Source of the DNA: an uncultured Verrucomicrobiae bacterium
Lineage (GTDB): Bacteria > Verrucomicrobiota > Verrucomicrobiia > Chthoniobacterales > UBA10450
Direction of reading: 5' to 3'
Assembly: GCA_963840135.1 (NCBI GenBank)
Contig: CAWIXX010000017.1
Location: forward strand, 263,691 to 327,690
Length of the DNA stretch: 64,000 nt
Below the pieces are notes generated by a model. That model saw only the letters and a list, made by a program, of their open reading frames with translations, had not been told where the DNA came from and did not search any database. The position numbers and the translations under genes are program-made. Position 1 is the first letter of the stretch; each line of letters begins with the position of its first letter. This document shows, piece by piece, positions 1 to 9,898 of the stretch.

Positions 1-57
1 AATCATTAAGCAATATTTCCATGAGACAACCGAACCGCGATTGCGTTGCCAATTTTT

Positions 58-1224
58 TTAGCGCGCCGTCATGCTGAAAGTGGCGAGCTGCTGGTTTTGT
101 CCTCGGGGGCGGATTGCACCAACTGTGAAGTCGAGTTTTGTGCCGCTCTGCACATCTCGAAGCAATTCTTCGATGCGTTTGACAGAGTTTGTTTCGGAGT
201 TGCCCGCGCGATAAATCACCAGCCCGCGCTCGAGCCCGGCTTCATCCGCCGGGCCATCTGGTTCGACTGCAGTAATCAAAACTCCGCGTCCGCGGAGGTA
301 ACCCAGCGCATCGCTTAGTTCCCGATTCAAATCCTGTAGCTGCAGTCCAAATAACTTTTCCGCATTCGACACCGACGTATCGGGCGCGGACGCAGGCTGG
401 TTCTTTGGTTTGACTTGTTTCTGCGCGACTTTCTTGAATTGGTTCACGCTATCGCGCACCACTTCGGCTGGAATTGCGAAACCCATTCCCTGAGTGGGGA
501 CACCTTGCGGCGTGAATGCCATTTTCGCCGAGCTAATACCAACTAGCCGGCCTGAGAGATCGATCACGGGTCCGCCACTGTTGCCTGGATTAATCGCCGC
601 GTCGGTTTGTACCAGACCCTTATACTCGGTCTCGTCCACAGTAATGTCGCGTTTGACAGCGCTAAGCACCCCCCGACTGATCGAGCTCCCATATCCAACT
701 GCATTACCTACAACGATTACAGTCTGGCCCAGCAGGTTGGGAGAAATATTATCAAGACTAATGAACGGAAATGCGGTCTCAGCGTCGATCTTGATGAATG
801 CCAGATCGGTCTTGTCATCGCCGGCAATGTAGTGCGCATTGTAGGTTTTGCCGTCGTTTGTCGTTACATGAATTTTCAAATCTGCGGCGCGCTCGACCAC
901 GTGTTGGTTGGTAACGATGTAGCCTGCCGGATCAATAATGAAACCAGAGCCGAGACTTTGCAGAGTCTGGCGAACTTCGCGCGGCCGAACGCGATTGTAA
1001 CCAAAGAATTGGGCGTAAAAATCCTCAACCGGATCGCGCACCGTGCGCCTCACTATGCGCTCGGTGTTGATATTCACCACCGCCGGCAAGACCTTCGCCA
1101 CTGCCAGGACAGCCGGTTCTGAAGCCGGATCGGCCTGGCCAAAATCGGCTTGGCCAAAACAAGCTACTGCTCGCGCCAGGATCAGTAGCGCAACAAACAG
1201 CTTTCGATATGAATTCGTCTTCAT
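58..1224 (-). CDS. htrA: HtrA/DegP-family periplasmic serine endoprotease (trypsin-like domain plus one PDZ)
   Basis: 388-aa ORF with an N-terminal signal peptide. Catalytic Ser motif GNSGGPVIDLSGRLVGI. PDZ-like C-terminus (GVLITAVEPDGPADEAGLERGLVI). Confidence 0.9.
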   Translation of the reverse strand: MKTNSYRKLFVALLILARAVACFGQADFGQADPASEPAVLAVAKVLPAVVNINTERIVRRTVRDPVEDFYAQFFGYNRVRPREVRQTLQSLGSGFIIDPAGYIVTNQHVVERAADLKIHVTTNDGKTYNAHYIAGDDKTDLAFIKIDAETAFPFISLDNISPNLLGQTVIVVGNAVGYGSSISRGVLSAVKRDITVDETEYKGLVQTDAAINPGNSGGPVIDLSGRLVGISSAKMAFTPQGVPTQGMGFAIPAEVVRDSVNQFKKVAQKQVKPKNQPASAPDTSVSNAEKLFGLQLQDLNRELSDALGYLRGRGVLITAVEPDGPADEAGLERGLVIYRAGNSETNSVKRIEELLRDVQSGTKLDFTVGAIRPRGQNQQLATFSMTAR

Positions 1225-1323
1225 CGTCAGATCGGTCCCAACTGTTTTACGATCCCTGTCGGAACCATGCGCAGCAAGTAACGAGGCTGCCTCTGTACTG
1301 TCAACTTGCCGGGCTTCTCATCT

Positions 1324-1408
1324 GTCATGTTGAGCGAAGCGATGCATCTCTGGCCTCGTTCTCCCTGGCGCGAAATGTTCAGAGATTCTTCGCTTTGCTC
1401 AGAATGAC
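1324..1408. repeat. Family A MITE-like element (27-nt imperfect terminal inverted repeats GTCATnnnGAGCGAAGCGnnGnATCTC)
   Basis: Left arm GTCATGTTGAGCGAAGCGATGCATCTC. Right arm GAGATTCTTCGCTTTGCTCAGAATGAC. Lies in the htrA/sucA divergent intergenic region. Confidence 0.75.
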
Positions 1409-1432
1409 AAGAGAGAGAGCCGCCGCTACGAC

Positions 1433-4204
1433 TTGCCCCGCTGCGTAATGAATCGCACATTAATCGCTATGCGCACTTCAATTGGGGCTCGCGCAAACCT
1501 GGACCTGATCGAAGAGAATTACCGCCGTTGGCAGCGGAACCCTGAGTCGGTTGACGCCGGATGGTCGGCCTTCTTTGAGGGATTCGAGCTTGGGAATTTG
1601 CCGCAGCGCGACGGCGCGGCCGCTGCGGAGGCCCGCGAGGCGGCATTACAGACGCGCGTCGATGGTCTCATTTACGCGTATTGCTCCCTTGGTCATACAA
1701 TTGCGCGGGTCGATCCCCTGGCGGACACGCGTCCGCAAAATCCATTGCTGAGTCTCCGCGAGTTTGGATTTAGCGAGTCAGATCTACACCTTCGTGTTTC
1801 ATCAAAATTCTTCCTCGACAACCGGCCCATGACATTGCGCGAAATGGTCTCCGGGCTGGAGAGAATTTATGCCGACTCCATTGGCTCGGAATTCATGCAC
1901 ATCCAGGATCCGCGAGTCCGCGATTGGATTCGCAAGCGCTTGGAGACGCGACCCCACAAGCACTCGACTCCAGCGACCGTGCAGGTGGCGCTGTTGCGGG
2001 CGCTGCTTGAAGCGGAAGCCTTCGAGATTTTCCTGCATACGCGTTACGTAGGTCAAAAGCGGTTTTCGCTTCAAGGCTCGGAATCACTCCTGGTGATTCT
2101 CGACACAATTCTGCACAAATGCCCGGAAGACGGTGTCGAGGAAATTTGCATGGGCATGGCGCATCGCGGGCGACTCAATGTCCTCGCAAATTTTCTACGC
2201 AAATCGCTCAAGGTTATCTTCACTGAGTTTAGCGAAAATTATATTCCCGAGCTGGTCGCCGGCGATGGCGACGTGAAATATCATCTCGGTTATCACTCGG
2301 TACGCAAACTTGCCTCCGGTGCGGAGGTCGAGATTCGGCTCTCGTCGAACCCGAGCCACCTGGAAGCTGTCGATCCGGTGGTCGAAGGACAAGCGCGTGC
2401 CAGACAGCGAATTCGCGGTGATACCGAGCACAGGCGGAAAGTCTTGCCGTTGCTGGTGCACGGCGACGCCGCTTTCATCGCGCAGGGGATCGTGGCCGAG
2501 ACGCTCAACCTGTCGCAGTTACCGGGTTACAGCACTGGCGGCACCATTCACATCGTCGTGAACAACCAGATTGGGTTTACAACACTTCCCAGGGATGCGC
2601 GGTCATCAACGTACTCCACCGACATCGCCAAGATGATCGAGGCGCCGATTTTTCATGTGAACGGCGACGATCCGCTGGCGGTTAAGTTTGTTAGCGATAT
2701 GGCGTTTGATTTTCGCCAGCGATTCGGGCGCGACGTGGTGATCGACATGTATTGCTATCGTCGTTATGGCCACAACGAAGGCGACGAACCCTCGTTTACC
2801 CAGCCCGATCTTTACGCAAAAATCGAGAAGCGCCCATCAGTCACCCAGCTTTACAAACGCGAGTTGCTCGAGGCAGGAACACTGAGCGAAGATGATGCCG
2901 CCTCGCTGGAAACCGAGTTCGGTTTGCGGCTCGAAATGACGCGAGATGAAGTCGATGCCATCGAAAAACGGAAGGCAAGCGAGAAAGCCAGGTTCAGAGA
3001 ATCAACCGCGATTTTTCAGCCGGAATACTCGAGTGAGTCTGAGCCGACTGCGATCAGCGAGAAAACGCTGAAAATTATTGTCGATGGTATGACGCGTATC
3101 CCAGAGGGTTTCGAGGTTCAACCGAAGATCAAGCGCATCGTTCTCGATCATCAGCGCAAAGTCTTCGAAGAGGGAGGGCCGATCGAATGGCATTATGCCG
3201 AAGCGCTCGCGTTTGGATCGCTGCTTCTCGAGGGAATTCCGATCCGATTGTCGGGCCAGGACAGCTCACGCGGCACGTTTAGTACACGGCATTCGGTGCT
3301 GTATGACGCAAAGACAGGCGAATCTTACGTGCCACTCATGCATCTCGCGCAGAAGCAAGCGCGCATTTGCATTTACAACAGCCCGCTCTCAGAAGCTGCA
3401 GTGCTCGGGTTCGATTACGGTTACTCGCTCGATTATCCGAGGATGCTTTGTTTGTGGGAGGCGCAGTTCGGCGATTTCTCCAATGGCGCGCAGACGATCA
3501 TCGATCAATTTATCGTTTCGGCGGAATCGAAATGGCAGCGACCGAGTGGGATTGTGTTGTTACTTCCGCACGGTTATGAAGGCCAGGGCCCGGAACACTC
3601 CAGCGCGCGCCTTGAGCGTTTTCTGCAAGCATGCGCCGACGATAACATACAGGTCTGCAATCCGACCACAGCCGCGCAGTATTTTCATGTGTTACGGCGT
3701 CAGATGAAGCGCGACTTCATTAAACCGCTGATCATTATGACGCCTAAGAGTCTGCTACGAGCGAAGTTTGCTTCCTCGCCTGTGGAAGAATTCATCCAGG
3801 GCCGGTTCGAAGAAATTCTCGGCTCGCCTGAAGTGGGTCCTCCCGACAAGGTGAAGCGGATCATCCTTTGCTCCGGCAAAGTTTATTACGACCTGCTCAA
3901 TTACCAAACCCAGCGCAAGATCGACGATGCAGCGATCATACGTGTCGAGCAGCTTTATCCGTTAGCCGAAAAGAAGCTCCGCGAAATGCTCAAGCCATTT
4001 CCAAAGAGTGCCAAGTACGTCTGGTGCCAGGAAGAACCGGAAAACATGGGCGCCTGGACTTTCATCGAGCCACGGTTGCGCACAATTTTCTGCACCGAAA
4101 TCGCGTACGCGGGTCGCGAAGCCAGCGCCAGCCCGGCCGTCGGCGCGCTGGCTCGGCACAAACGCGAACAGGCCCGCTTGGTGGCCGATGCGTTTTCAGT
4201 TTGA
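1433..4204 (+). CDS. sucA: 2-oxoglutarate dehydrogenase E1 component
   Basis: 923-aa ORF. Typical E1o N-terminus (NLDLIEENYRRWQRNPESVDAGWSAFFEGF) and TPP-enzyme body. Followed by E2o and E3 genes. Start is uncertain: TTG 1433, ATG 1448 or ATG 1469. Confidence 0.95.
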   Translation: MPRCVMNRTLIAMRTSIGARANLDLIEENYRRWQRNPESVDAGWSAFFEGFELGNLPQRDGAAAAEAREAALQTRVDGLIYAYCSLGHTIARVDPLADTRPQNPLLSLREFGFSESDLHLRVSSKFFLDNRPMTLREMVSGLERIYADSIGSEFMHIQDPRVRDWIRKRLETRPHKHSTPATVQVALLRALLEAEAFEIFLHTRYVGQKRFSLQGSESLLVILDTILHKCPEDGVEEICMGMAHRGRLNVLANFLRKSLKVIFTEFSENYIPELVAGDGDVKYHLGYHSVRKLASGAEVEIRLSSNPSHLEAVDPVVEGQARARQRIRGDTEHRRKVLPLLVHGDAAFIAQGIVAETLNLSQLPGYSTGGTIHIVVNNQIGFTTLPRDARSSTYSTDIAKMIEAPIFHVNGDDPLAVKFVSDMAFDFRQRFGRDVVIDMYCYRRYGHNEGDEPSFTQPDLYAKIEKRPSVTQLYKRELLEAGTLSEDDAASLETEFGLRLEMTRDEVDAIEKRKASEKARFRESTAIFQPEYSSESEPTAISEKTLKIIVDGMTRIPEGFEVQPKIKRIVLDHQRKVFEEGGPIEWHYAEALAFGSLLLEGIPIRLSGQDSSRGTFSTRHSVLYDAKTGESYVPLMHLAQKQARICIYNSPLSEAAVLGFDYGYSLDYPRMLCLWEAQFGDFSNGAQTIIDQFIVSAESKWQRPSGIVLLLPHGYEGQGPEHSSARLERFLQACADDNIQVCNPTTAAQYFHVLRRQMKRDFIKPLIIMTPKSLLRAKFASSPVEEFIQGRFEEILGSPEVGPPDKVKRIILCSGKVYYDLLNYQTQRKIDDAAIIRVEQLYPLAEKKLREMLKPFPKSAKYVWCQEEPENMGAWTFIEPRLRTIFCTEIAYAGREASASPAVGALARHKREQARLVADAFSV

Positions 4205-4306
4205 GAGCACACTCTCATATGTCCCGTTAGTCCCGATGTGACCCATGAGACAGACGGGCCGTATGTGTTGACGAAACGCTGCTAGCTCGCGACGCTCCTT
4301 TCACGC

Positions 4307-5606
4307 ATGGCCATTGAAGTTAAAATTCCTTCCGTAGGTGAATCGATCACCAGCGGCGTTGTCTCCGCTTGGCACAAGAAATCCGGCGAGTTTGTAAACG
4401 AAGGCGAAGCCCTCTTCACCCTCGAGACTGACAAGGTTTCCACCGAGATCGTCGCAGAAAAAGCAGGCGTACTCGAAACGAAGGTTCCGGAGGGGCAGGA
4501 GGTGAAGATTGGTGAGGTAGTCGCCATAATTGACGATTCAAAACGGCCGGCGACGGAACAAAAAGAAGAGAAACCCAAAAAGAAAGAGGCTGAAGAAAAG
4601 GACAAGAAACCCGAGCCGGAGAAAAAGGCCGCAGCAGAAAAAGCTCCTGTAGCCGCGGGCGCTGACCGCGGCAGGCCCGCAGCCAACGGCAGCGACTACA
4701 ACAACGCTTTCGCCTGCTGTTCGCCGAATTGTCGAAGAAGAGAAGCTTCAGCCGGAAAAAATTCGCGGCAGTGGCGAAGGAGGCCGCCTAACAAAAGGAG
4801 ACGTCCTGGCCGCGGCACAACAGCGCGGCAAGACGGACTTGTCCGCCGTAACCTCGGCGAAGGCGGAAGAAAAAATTGAATCTCGCGAAGCTGAACCATC
4901 CGGTGACGGGCGCTTCACACGCAAAAAGATGTCGCCGCTGCGCCGCAAGATCGCGCAGCAACTTGTGATGGCGCAGCATACCGCAGCGATCCTGACGACT
5001 TTCAATGAATGCGACATGAGCGCCGTCCAGGAATTGCGCCGGAGCAAACAAGATGAGTTTACGAAAAAGAACGGCGTCAAACTCGGCTTGATGTCGTTCT
5101 TTGTTAAGGCTTGCGTCGAAGCGCTTAAAGCCGTCCCGGTGGTCAATGGCCACATCGAGGATGAGGATTTCATTCAAAACAATTTCTATGACATTGGCGT
5201 GGCGGTCGGCACGGAGCGCGGACTCGTGGTTCCGGTCGTGCGCGATGCAGACAAGAAAAGTTTTGCGGGTTTGGAGCGCAACATCGCCGATTACGCCAGC
5301 AGGGCGCGCGACGGAAAACTAAAAATCGAAGATTTACAGGGCGGCACGTTTACCATCACAAACGGCGGAGTGTACGGGTCGTTGTTCGCGACGCCGATTC
5401 TAAATCCGCCACAAAGCGGCATCCTGGGCATGCACAAGATCATGCCGCGACCAGTTGCGGTGGATGGAAAAGTGGAAGTTCGCCCAATGATGTATCTTGC
5501 CCTCAGCTACGATCACCGCGCGATCGACGGAAAAGAAGCCGTCACTTTTCTGATCAAAGTGAAGGACTGCATCGAAGATCCAAAAAAGCTACCGCTGGAT
5601 TTTTAG
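4307..5606 (+). CDS. sucB: Dihydrolipoyllysine-residue succinyltransferase (E2o); reading frame broken in this assembly at about 4676-4680
   Basis: The lipoyl domain ([10 protein letters not shown]) and the Ala/Pro/Lys linker are in the frame of 4307. The E3-binding domain ([33 protein letters not shown]) and catalytic domain ([13 protein letters not shown]) are in the frame of 4839, which is open from 4653. The break coincides with a 28-nt palindromic repeat. Confidence 0.85.
4649..4676 (+). repeat. Family C REP-like singlet inside sucB
   Basis: GTAGCCGCGGGCGCTGACCGCGGCAGGC with a 7-bp stem GCCGCGG/CCGCGGC. With its 2-nt CT prefix it is a 30-nt string identical to the pxpB copy. Confidence 0.85.
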
Positions 5607-5612
5607 AATAAA

Positions 5613-5732
5613 AGTGGCAGAGCACTGCCGCACTCAAAGACAGCAGAGCAGATGTGACCTGCAACGACGGCCAGGTTTTAGAGGGCGGCGGTTTCTCCGC
5701 TTTAGTCTGGATGATTGCTCCACTCCAGCTGG
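5613..5732. repeat. Family D intergenic repeat (GGCnGAGCAnnGCCGCACTCnAAGAC type)
   Basis: GTGGCAGAGCACTGCCGCACTCAAAGAC resembles GCGGCGGAGCAACGCCGCACTCCAAGAC at 54136. Boundaries are approximate. Confidence 0.5.
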
Positions 5733-5748
5733 CATGAGAAAATAACTT

Positions 5749-7155
5749 ATGGAAAAATTTGATGTCGTTATCATTGGCTCGGGACCCGGCGGTTACATCG
5801 CTGCGATCCGCTCCGGCCAACTCGGTTTAAAAACAGCTCTAGTCGAAAAGGACAAGGACCTGGGTGGCACTTGCTTCAACGTGGGTTGCATCCCGAGCAA
5901 AGCGCTCCTGACTTCGAGCGACCATTACATGTTCGTCAAAAAGGAAGCGGCCAAGCACGGTATCGTAATCGACGGCGCGCATGTCGATCTGGCGAAGATG
6001 CAGCAGCGCAAGGACAAGGTTGTGAAGACATTCAACGGCGGGGTGCGCTCGCTCATGAAAACGAACAAGGTCACGGTCTTGGAAGGCACGGCCACGATTA
6101 CCGCCCCTGGAAAAGTTTCCGTTAAATCCTCCCAGGGCGAGACGCAGGAGATCGAGACAAAAAATATCGTCATCGCCACCGGCAGCGCGCCGGCGGAACT
6201 GCCATTCGCGAAATTCGACGGGAAAACAATCGTGAGCAGCACCGAAGCGCTTACGTTCAGCGAAGCTCCAAAGAAGCTCGTCGTGGTCGGCGCGGGCGCG
6301 ATAGGACTAGAGCTGGGCTCCGTTTGGAACCGGCTCGGTTCGGAAGTGACGATATTGGAATTTCTTCCGCGCATCGCAATCGGTTTTGATCTTGAGCTCT
6401 CGAATCTGCTTCAGCGTTTACTCACCGCTCAAGGAATGACTTTCCACCTGGAAGCAAAGGTCAGCGCCGTGAAAGTCGACAATGGTCGCGCGACCGTAAT
6501 TGCGACTAAAGACAAGGAAGAACTAAAATTCGAAGCCGACAAGGTGCTTGTATCCGTCGGACGTCGCCCGTTCTCGGACGGCTTGGGCGCGGAAAAAGTC
6601 GGCGTGGAGTTTGACGAAAAGAAGCGCATCAAAGTCGACGAACATTTCCGTACGAACGTCGAAGGCATTTACGCAATTGGCGATGTAATCGCCGGGCCGA
6701 TGCTGGCGCACAAAGCCGAGGACGAAGGGATGGCTTGCATCGAAATCATTGCGGGCAAGGCCGGCCATGTGAACTACGACGCCATCGCCAGCATCATCTA
6801 CACCAATCCCGAACTCGCTGGCGTTGGTCTTACCGAAGATCAAGCAAAGGAAAAAGGAATCGATGTGCGTATTGGCAAATTTCCATTCCGTGCCAACAGT
6901 CGCGCGCTTACCGGCGATGACGTGGAAGGAATGGTGAAGTTTGTTGCCGAGGCCAAAACCGATCGCATTCTAGGCGGGCACATTTTGCATCATGCCGCTT
7001 CGGAACTGATCGCCGAAGCCGTTTCGGTGATTGAATTCGGCGGCAGCTCCGAAGATATCGGCCGCACCACTCATTCCCATCCGACCTTGAGCGAAGCAGT
7101 CAGAGAAGCAGCGTTAAATGTGGAGAAACGCGCACTGCACATTATGAACCGGTGA
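5749..7155 (+). CDS. lpdA: Dihydrolipoyl dehydrogenase (E3)
   Basis: 468 aa. FAD motif VIIGSGPGGY, redox disulfide GGTCFNVGCIPSK, C-terminal HSHPTLSEA. Third gene of the suc operon. Confidence 0.95.
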   Translation: MEKFDVVIIGSGPGGYIAAIRSGQLGLKTALVEKDKDLGGTCFNVGCIPSKALLTSSDHYMFVKKEAAKHGIVIDGAHVDLAKMQQRKDKVVKTFNGGVRSLMKTNKVTVLEGTATITAPGKVSVKSSQGETQEIETKNIVIATGSAPAELPFAKFDGKTIVSSTEALTFSEAPKKLVVVGAGAIGLELGSVWNRLGSEVTILEFLPRIAIGFDLELSNLLQRLLTAQGMTFHLEAKVSAVKVDNGRATVIATKDKEELKFEADKVLVSVGRRPFSDGLGAEKVGVEFDEKKRIKVDEHFRTNVEGIYAIGDVIAGPMLAHKAEDEGMACIEIIAGKAGHVNYDAIASIIYTNPELAGVGLTEDQAKEKGIDVRIGKFPFRANSRALTGDDVEGMVKFVAEAKTDRILGGHILHHAASELIAEAVSVIEFGGSSEDIGRTTHSHPTLSEAVREAALNVEKRALHIMNR

Positions 7156-7196
7156 TCGCAGTGATCGGCTGACGCAAACCAGGCGATCGCTTGAAA

Positions 7197-8499
7197 TTAC
7201 CTCGAGTTTGCGGCTTCGCGTCGCCGAATTACAAGCAGCGTCACCAGCGCGGAGACTGCGCAAATAATCGCGCCGAACGCGAGCGCGAACGGTGTGCCCA
7301 CCCAATGCGCAACTGCACCGACTTCGAGGCTGCCCAAGGGAATCATTGCGCCGAAAACAAGCGACCACACACCCATCACGCGCCCACGCATTTCATCTGG
7401 CACAATCGTTTGTAGCACCGTGTTCGACGTGGAGAAAAACAGGAGCATTCCAAATCCGACAACGAGCAGAAATGCGAAGCGAACTGTAAAAATTTCGGCT
7501 CAGCGAAAGGGCGAATAGCGCAATCGAAAATATCCAGACGCCGCCGAGCGCCAGTCGTCGCGCTGTAAACAGATGTCCATAGGTCGCAACGACCAGGGCG
7601 CCGATTAACGCGCCGGTCCCACTCGCCGACATTAAAATGCCGTATCCGTTCGCACCGCGACCGAGCACGTCGCGCGCGAAAGCTGGCATCAGCACACCGT
7701 ACGACCACCCGAAGACTCCCACCGCGAGGAAGAGCAGCAGGATCGTCCGCACTCGCTGATGTTTCAGTGAATATACGATGCCGTTCCAGGCGTGTTGACT
7801 GGCAGAGACGACGTGTGCCGGCCGTTGAAACGGCGGTAAGCGCATCATCATCAGACCGGCAATCACCGCGACAAACGTGAGACCATTCAGGAAAAAACAC
7901 ATTGCGACGCCAACCCAACCGATTAGTAAACCGGCGACCGATGGACCGACAACACGGGCGCCGTTCACAATCGAGCTGTTGAGGGAGATCGCGTTTAACA
8001 AGTCTTCACGGCTTGTCATTTCGACTGTGAACGCCTGGCGCGCCGGCATATCGAAGCCCATGGCGACGCCGTTCAATGCAGCGATAACGATGATGAATGA
8101 CGGCGTGGCGAAACCGGCCCAAACGCCGGCCGCAAGAAAGAACGCGCAAATCATTTGGGCCGTCTGGGTCGCGAGGAGGATCGAGCGCTTCGGATGACGA
8201 TCGGCGAGCGAGCCGCCCCAAATCGAGGACAACATCATCGGACCGGATCCTATGGCGGCGACGACACCCAGCAGCAGCTTTGAATTCGTAATTTGATAGA
8301 CGAACCAACTCATCGCGGTTTGCTGCATCCACGTGCCAACGAGCGAGACGAGTTGCCCGCAGAAAAACAGCCGGTAATTGCGATGCCGCAGCGCGCGGAA
8401 CGTATGTCGCCAGGTAACGCTACCAATGGGCACGCGACGTGGCCGCCCGCTGACGTCTTCTGGCACGCGAGCAGTTTCCGTGTTCGCTGTCGGCATCAC
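7197..8499 (-). CDS. MFS transporter (EntS/DUF894-like); frameshifted in this assembly near 7500
   Basis: The 368-aa ORF carries MFS helices. Its last roughly 35 residues look non-native. The frame of ORF 7197..7448 is open from 7499 and reads AEIFTVRFAFLLVVGFGMLLFFSTSNTVLQTIVPDEMRGRV, the expected MFS C-terminal half. Confidence 0.75.
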
Positions 8500-8549
8500 T
8501 CATGATGCTGGCAAGATCAGCAATTGCAAAATCAAGCGCATTTTGTGTT

Positions 8550-8573
8550 GTAGGGCACTCGCCACGGCGAGAC
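8550..8573 (+). repeat. GTAG-headed REP-like singlet
   Basis: GTAGGGCACTCGCCACGGCGAGAC, in the MFS/recO divergent intergenic region. Confidence 0.45.
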
Positions 8574-8636
8574 TGATTCAAGGCAGTGCTTGACACAAGC
8601 ACCTCTTCAACTGGCTGGGTGTGCTAATTTCGCGGT

Positions 8637-9206
8637 GTGGAAAGCACCGCTGCTATTCTGTTACGCAAACGAAAGTTCAGCGATACCAGCCTGATCGTCT
8701 CGTGGTGCACGGAGTCGTTCGGTTGCATCCAAACAATCGCCAGGGGCGCGCGCCGCCCTAAAAGTCCGTTCGCGGGAAAGCTGGATTTGTTTTTCGAAGC
8801 TGAAATTTCCATAGTGCGGAGCAGGAAGTCGGATCTGCATACGCTCACTGAGGTTATGCTAGAAAATCCGTTTGCCGGGATTCGCAACAATTATCTGCGT
8901 ACGCAGACTGCGGCCTATTTTGTCGAGCTAATTGAGATTTGCACGGAGCGAGATCATAGGGAGCCGGAATTGTTCGCGCTGCTGCATCGGGCTTTCGGTT
9001 ACCTCAATGCAAACGATCCGACGGCGCGAGCGGTTTCGCATTTCGAGACAGAGCTCGCGCGGATTGCCGGCGTGCACGACGAGAAAAAATTGAAAGCCGA
9101 CCCGGCATTTGCGCTTGGAAATTTATTCGGCCGACTGCCGCTTTCCCGTACGCCGCTGTTGAAAACGCTGGCGACGGAGGCGAAAAGCCGGAACAGTTCC
9201 AAATGA
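8637..9206 (+). CDS. recO: DNA repair protein RecO (short form)
   Basis: 189 aa with a GTG start. RecO-like OB-fold N-terminus (ILLRKRKFSDTSLIVSWCTESFGCIQTIARGARRPKSPFAGKLDLF). Confidence 0.7.
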   Translation: MESTAAILLRKRKFSDTSLIVSWCTESFGCIQTIARGARRPKSPFAGKLDLFFEAEISIVRSRKSDLHTLTEVMLENPFAGIRNNYLRTQTAAYFVELIEICTERDHREPELFALLHRAFGYLNANDPTARAVSHFETELARIAGVHDEKKLKADPAFALGNLFGRLPLSRTPLLKTLATEAKSRNSSK

Positions 9207-9782
9207 AACAACGCAATCTTATCGCTGCGGTCTTAATCAGCTAGCCTGACCCCGGCCGTATTGGGGAACGAAACGTACAGGTTCGATGCGTCGGGCTCGA
9301 CAATCGGTTTCAGTGTGCACCAATTCCTGGGAACCACGCAGGGAAAGTTCACGAAGTTCAATGGCAAGATCGACGTCGACCGTGAGCGTCCGGAGAATTC
9401 CTCGGTGACGACGCAGATCGACGTGCGCAGCCTCGACACACGGATCAAAAAGCGAGACGATCATCTGCGCAGCGCGGAATTTTTTAACGTCGAAAAATTT
9501 CCTCAGATCGTATTCAAAAGCCGGAGCGTAAAACAGACGGGCCCGCAAAGCGGCGACATTCTCGGCGATCTCACCATTCACGGCGTGACCAAGCCGGTTA
9601 CGCTTCATGTCAAACTGCTTACATCGCCCAACGAAACAAGCCGGACGCGCTGGGCCGTAACAGTCGATCCAATCACGCGGCGTGATTTTAACCTGATGTT
9701 TGCCCCCGCGACCGAATCAGTGTCCGGAATCAGCCAGACAGTCGCGATCAATATCGAGATCGAGGCGAAACGCGCAGAGTGA
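9203..9782 (+). CDS. YceI-family periplasmic polyisoprenoid-binding protein; 5' end apparently frameshifted
   Basis: The uninterrupted ORF 9261..9782 carries YceI motifs (FNGKIDVD, RDDHLRSAEFFNVEKFP, LTIHGVTKPVTL). A signal-peptide-like start MKQRNLIAAVLIS begins at ATG 9203, overlaps the recO stop as ATGA, and stops at TAG 9242 in another frame. Confidence 0.75.
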
Positions 9783-9804
9783 GAGGCGTATGACGTCAAG
9801 CATG

Positions 9805-9895
9805 GTCATCCTGAGCGAAGCGCAGCGAAGTCGAAAAATCCCGTGGAAATGCCCTCAGTTTTACCGGGGGATTCGTCGACTTCGCCCGGAATGAC
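9805..9895. repeat. Family A MITE-like element
   Basis: GTCATCCTGAGCGAAGCGCAGCGAAGTCGAAAAATC ... GATTCGTCGACTTCGCCCGGAATGAC. Ends 3 nt before the pxpB ATG. Confidence 0.75.
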
Positions 9896-9898
9896 GGA

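Noticed and set aside
494-1122. Plus-strand ORFs of 112 and 171 aa inside htrA
   Set aside because: They are antisense shadow ORFs within a well-supported protease gene. Their composition is low-complexity and Arg/Ser-rich, which is typical of GC-rich antisense frames.
4205-4306. Possible regulatory RNA in the sucA-sucB spacer
   Set aside because: I could see no convincing conserved hairpin, repeat or riboswitch-like structure.
4839-5606. TTG 4839 as the genuine start of an independent catalytic-core-only E2 gene
   Set aside because: The E3-binding domain (4707-4810) lies upstream of that start in the same frame, so the real coding frame extends back to at least 4653. The ORF-track start is just the first start-like codon.
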